DNA of 57,398 nt from a virus (Duplodnaviria > Caudoviricetes), in IMG/VR virus record IMGVR_UViG_3300029258_001547, positions 1-57,398 of that record, one strand, 5' to 3'. The notes beneath the pieces are model-generated. The model had not been told where the DNA came from. It saw only the letters and a program-made list of their open reading frames with translations, and did no database searches. Both the position numbers and the translations under genes were made by a program. Below are positions 56,641 through 57,398 of this stretch, in pieces; position 1 is the stretch's first letter, and each line of letters starts with the position of its first letter.

Positions 56641-57398
56641 ATGGGCCTTGACAATATGGAAATCGTCTTTCCGCCGTGGGGGTGGACGGACTGGACGGTC
56701 GGGACGGCGAGCGATCCGAACGTCAATGGTTGGTACAACGTCGATGTCGCCACGGACATTCCCGAGACGCAAGTAGCCTGGATGCTTGCGCAGGGCTGGT
56801 ATATCACGGACGTGCGGGACGACGAGGACAACGAGCCCCTGAAAATCTTCGACATGCAGCGCGACAGCTTCAAGGGCCGCGCCGCCATGACGGACATTCT
56901 GCACTCCTACACGACGCTGTTCAACGAAGCGAGGCAGGCGCAAGACGCCCAATACGACGACGTGGTTCTCTTGTGGTCGGACACGATCCTCAAGACTCAG
57001 TGGCAGTTGAACCGCGCGGCCGAGAACCACAACGACTACGAGCTTCTGTTCCTCAATACGCTGGACTCTATCGCTCAGCAAGTCTCCTACTACGCGGGAT
57101 TGATCGAGGGCGAGGCCGCCGTCGTGTTCAATCAGGTCGGCGATTCGATCAACGACGTTTCGGCCGCGCTGGCGGGGTACAGCAGCGGTCACAGCGCTTA
57201 CGTCGCGGCGATGGAGCCGTTGATCGCCCAGATGGCCGCCAACCTGGTGACGTTCGCCTCCGACGTGGAAGGGCTCGCCGCCCAGTTCGTCACCGACTAC
57301 AACGCGCTCAGCGCCGAGGTCTCCGGGCTGGAGGCCGCCGTCCAGAGCGTTATCTCGGTAATGGGGGCCGACTACGACAGCAAGGCCGCCGAGCTTGC
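56641..57398 (+). CDS. 5' part of the gene continuing to position 1981
   Basis: AGGAG SD; open from MGLDNMEIVF to the window end and in frame with ORF 11-1981. Confidence 0.85.
   Translation, partial: MGLDNMEIVFPPWGWTDWTVGTASDPNVNGWYNVDVATDIPETQVAWMLAQGWYITDVRDDEDNEPLKIFDMQRDSFKGRAAMTDILHSYTTLFNEARQAQDAQYDDVVLLWSDTILKTQWQLNRAAENHNDYELLFLNTLDSIAQQVSYYAGLIEGEAAVVFNQVGDSINDVSAALAGYSSGHSAYVAAMEPLIAQMAANLVTFASDVEGLAAQFVTDYNALSAEVSGLEAAVQSVISVMGADYDSKAAEL
57255..57398 (+). repeat. Terminal direct repeat, right copy
   Basis: Identical to 1-144. Confidence 0.95.

Larger units (their letters stand above)
1..57398. mobile_element. Complete tailed dsDNA phage genome (podovirus-like), circular assembly
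   Basis: TerL, portal, scaffold and capsid-order genes, a phage replication module, no host housekeeping genes, and a 144-bp terminal overlap. Confidence 0.93.

Noticed and set aside
1-57398. tRNA/rRNA genes, family A/B DNA polymerase, tape measure protein
   Set aside because: None recognised by eye. tRNAscan and HMM searches would be needed to exclude them formally.

Overview
The window looks like a complete, circularly assembled tailed-phage genome of about 57.25 kb. Bases 1-144 are identical to 57255-57398, and one gene runs across that join. The genome is high-GC, and the gene set is podovirus-like (no tape measure protein; adaptor, nozzle and a giant internal-protein candidate). Layout: (i) 1-12.5 kb, end of the virion operon, including a ~2500-aa protein; (ii) 12.5-15.7 kb, membrane/secreted proteins, a papain-like peptidase and an XRE regulator; (iii) 15.7-23.2 kb, replication module (SNF2 helicase, Prim-Pol, AT-rich origin-like segment, UvrD, VRR-NUC, stand-alone RNAP alpha-CTD); (iv) 23.2-29.4 kb, minus-strand module with a small serine recombinase and a RavA/ViaA-like AAA+VWA pair; (v) 29.4-30.1 kb, divergent promoter region; (vi) 30.1-57.4 kb, packaging, head and tail genes. 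The most striking unexplained structure is an array of small gene cassettes (31.7-33.85 kb) just upstream of the large terminase. Six junctions there carry the identical palindromic 14-mer GCCGCCGAGGCGGC directly before a ribosome-binding site. Other notable signals are a nested +1-frame gene inside the giant protein, tandem LamG modules with conserved boundaries, a sulfotransferase in the virion operon, and a shared operator in three promoters. A Planctomycetota host is suggested but is inference. All calls were made by eye from motifs and gene order; no database searches were run.
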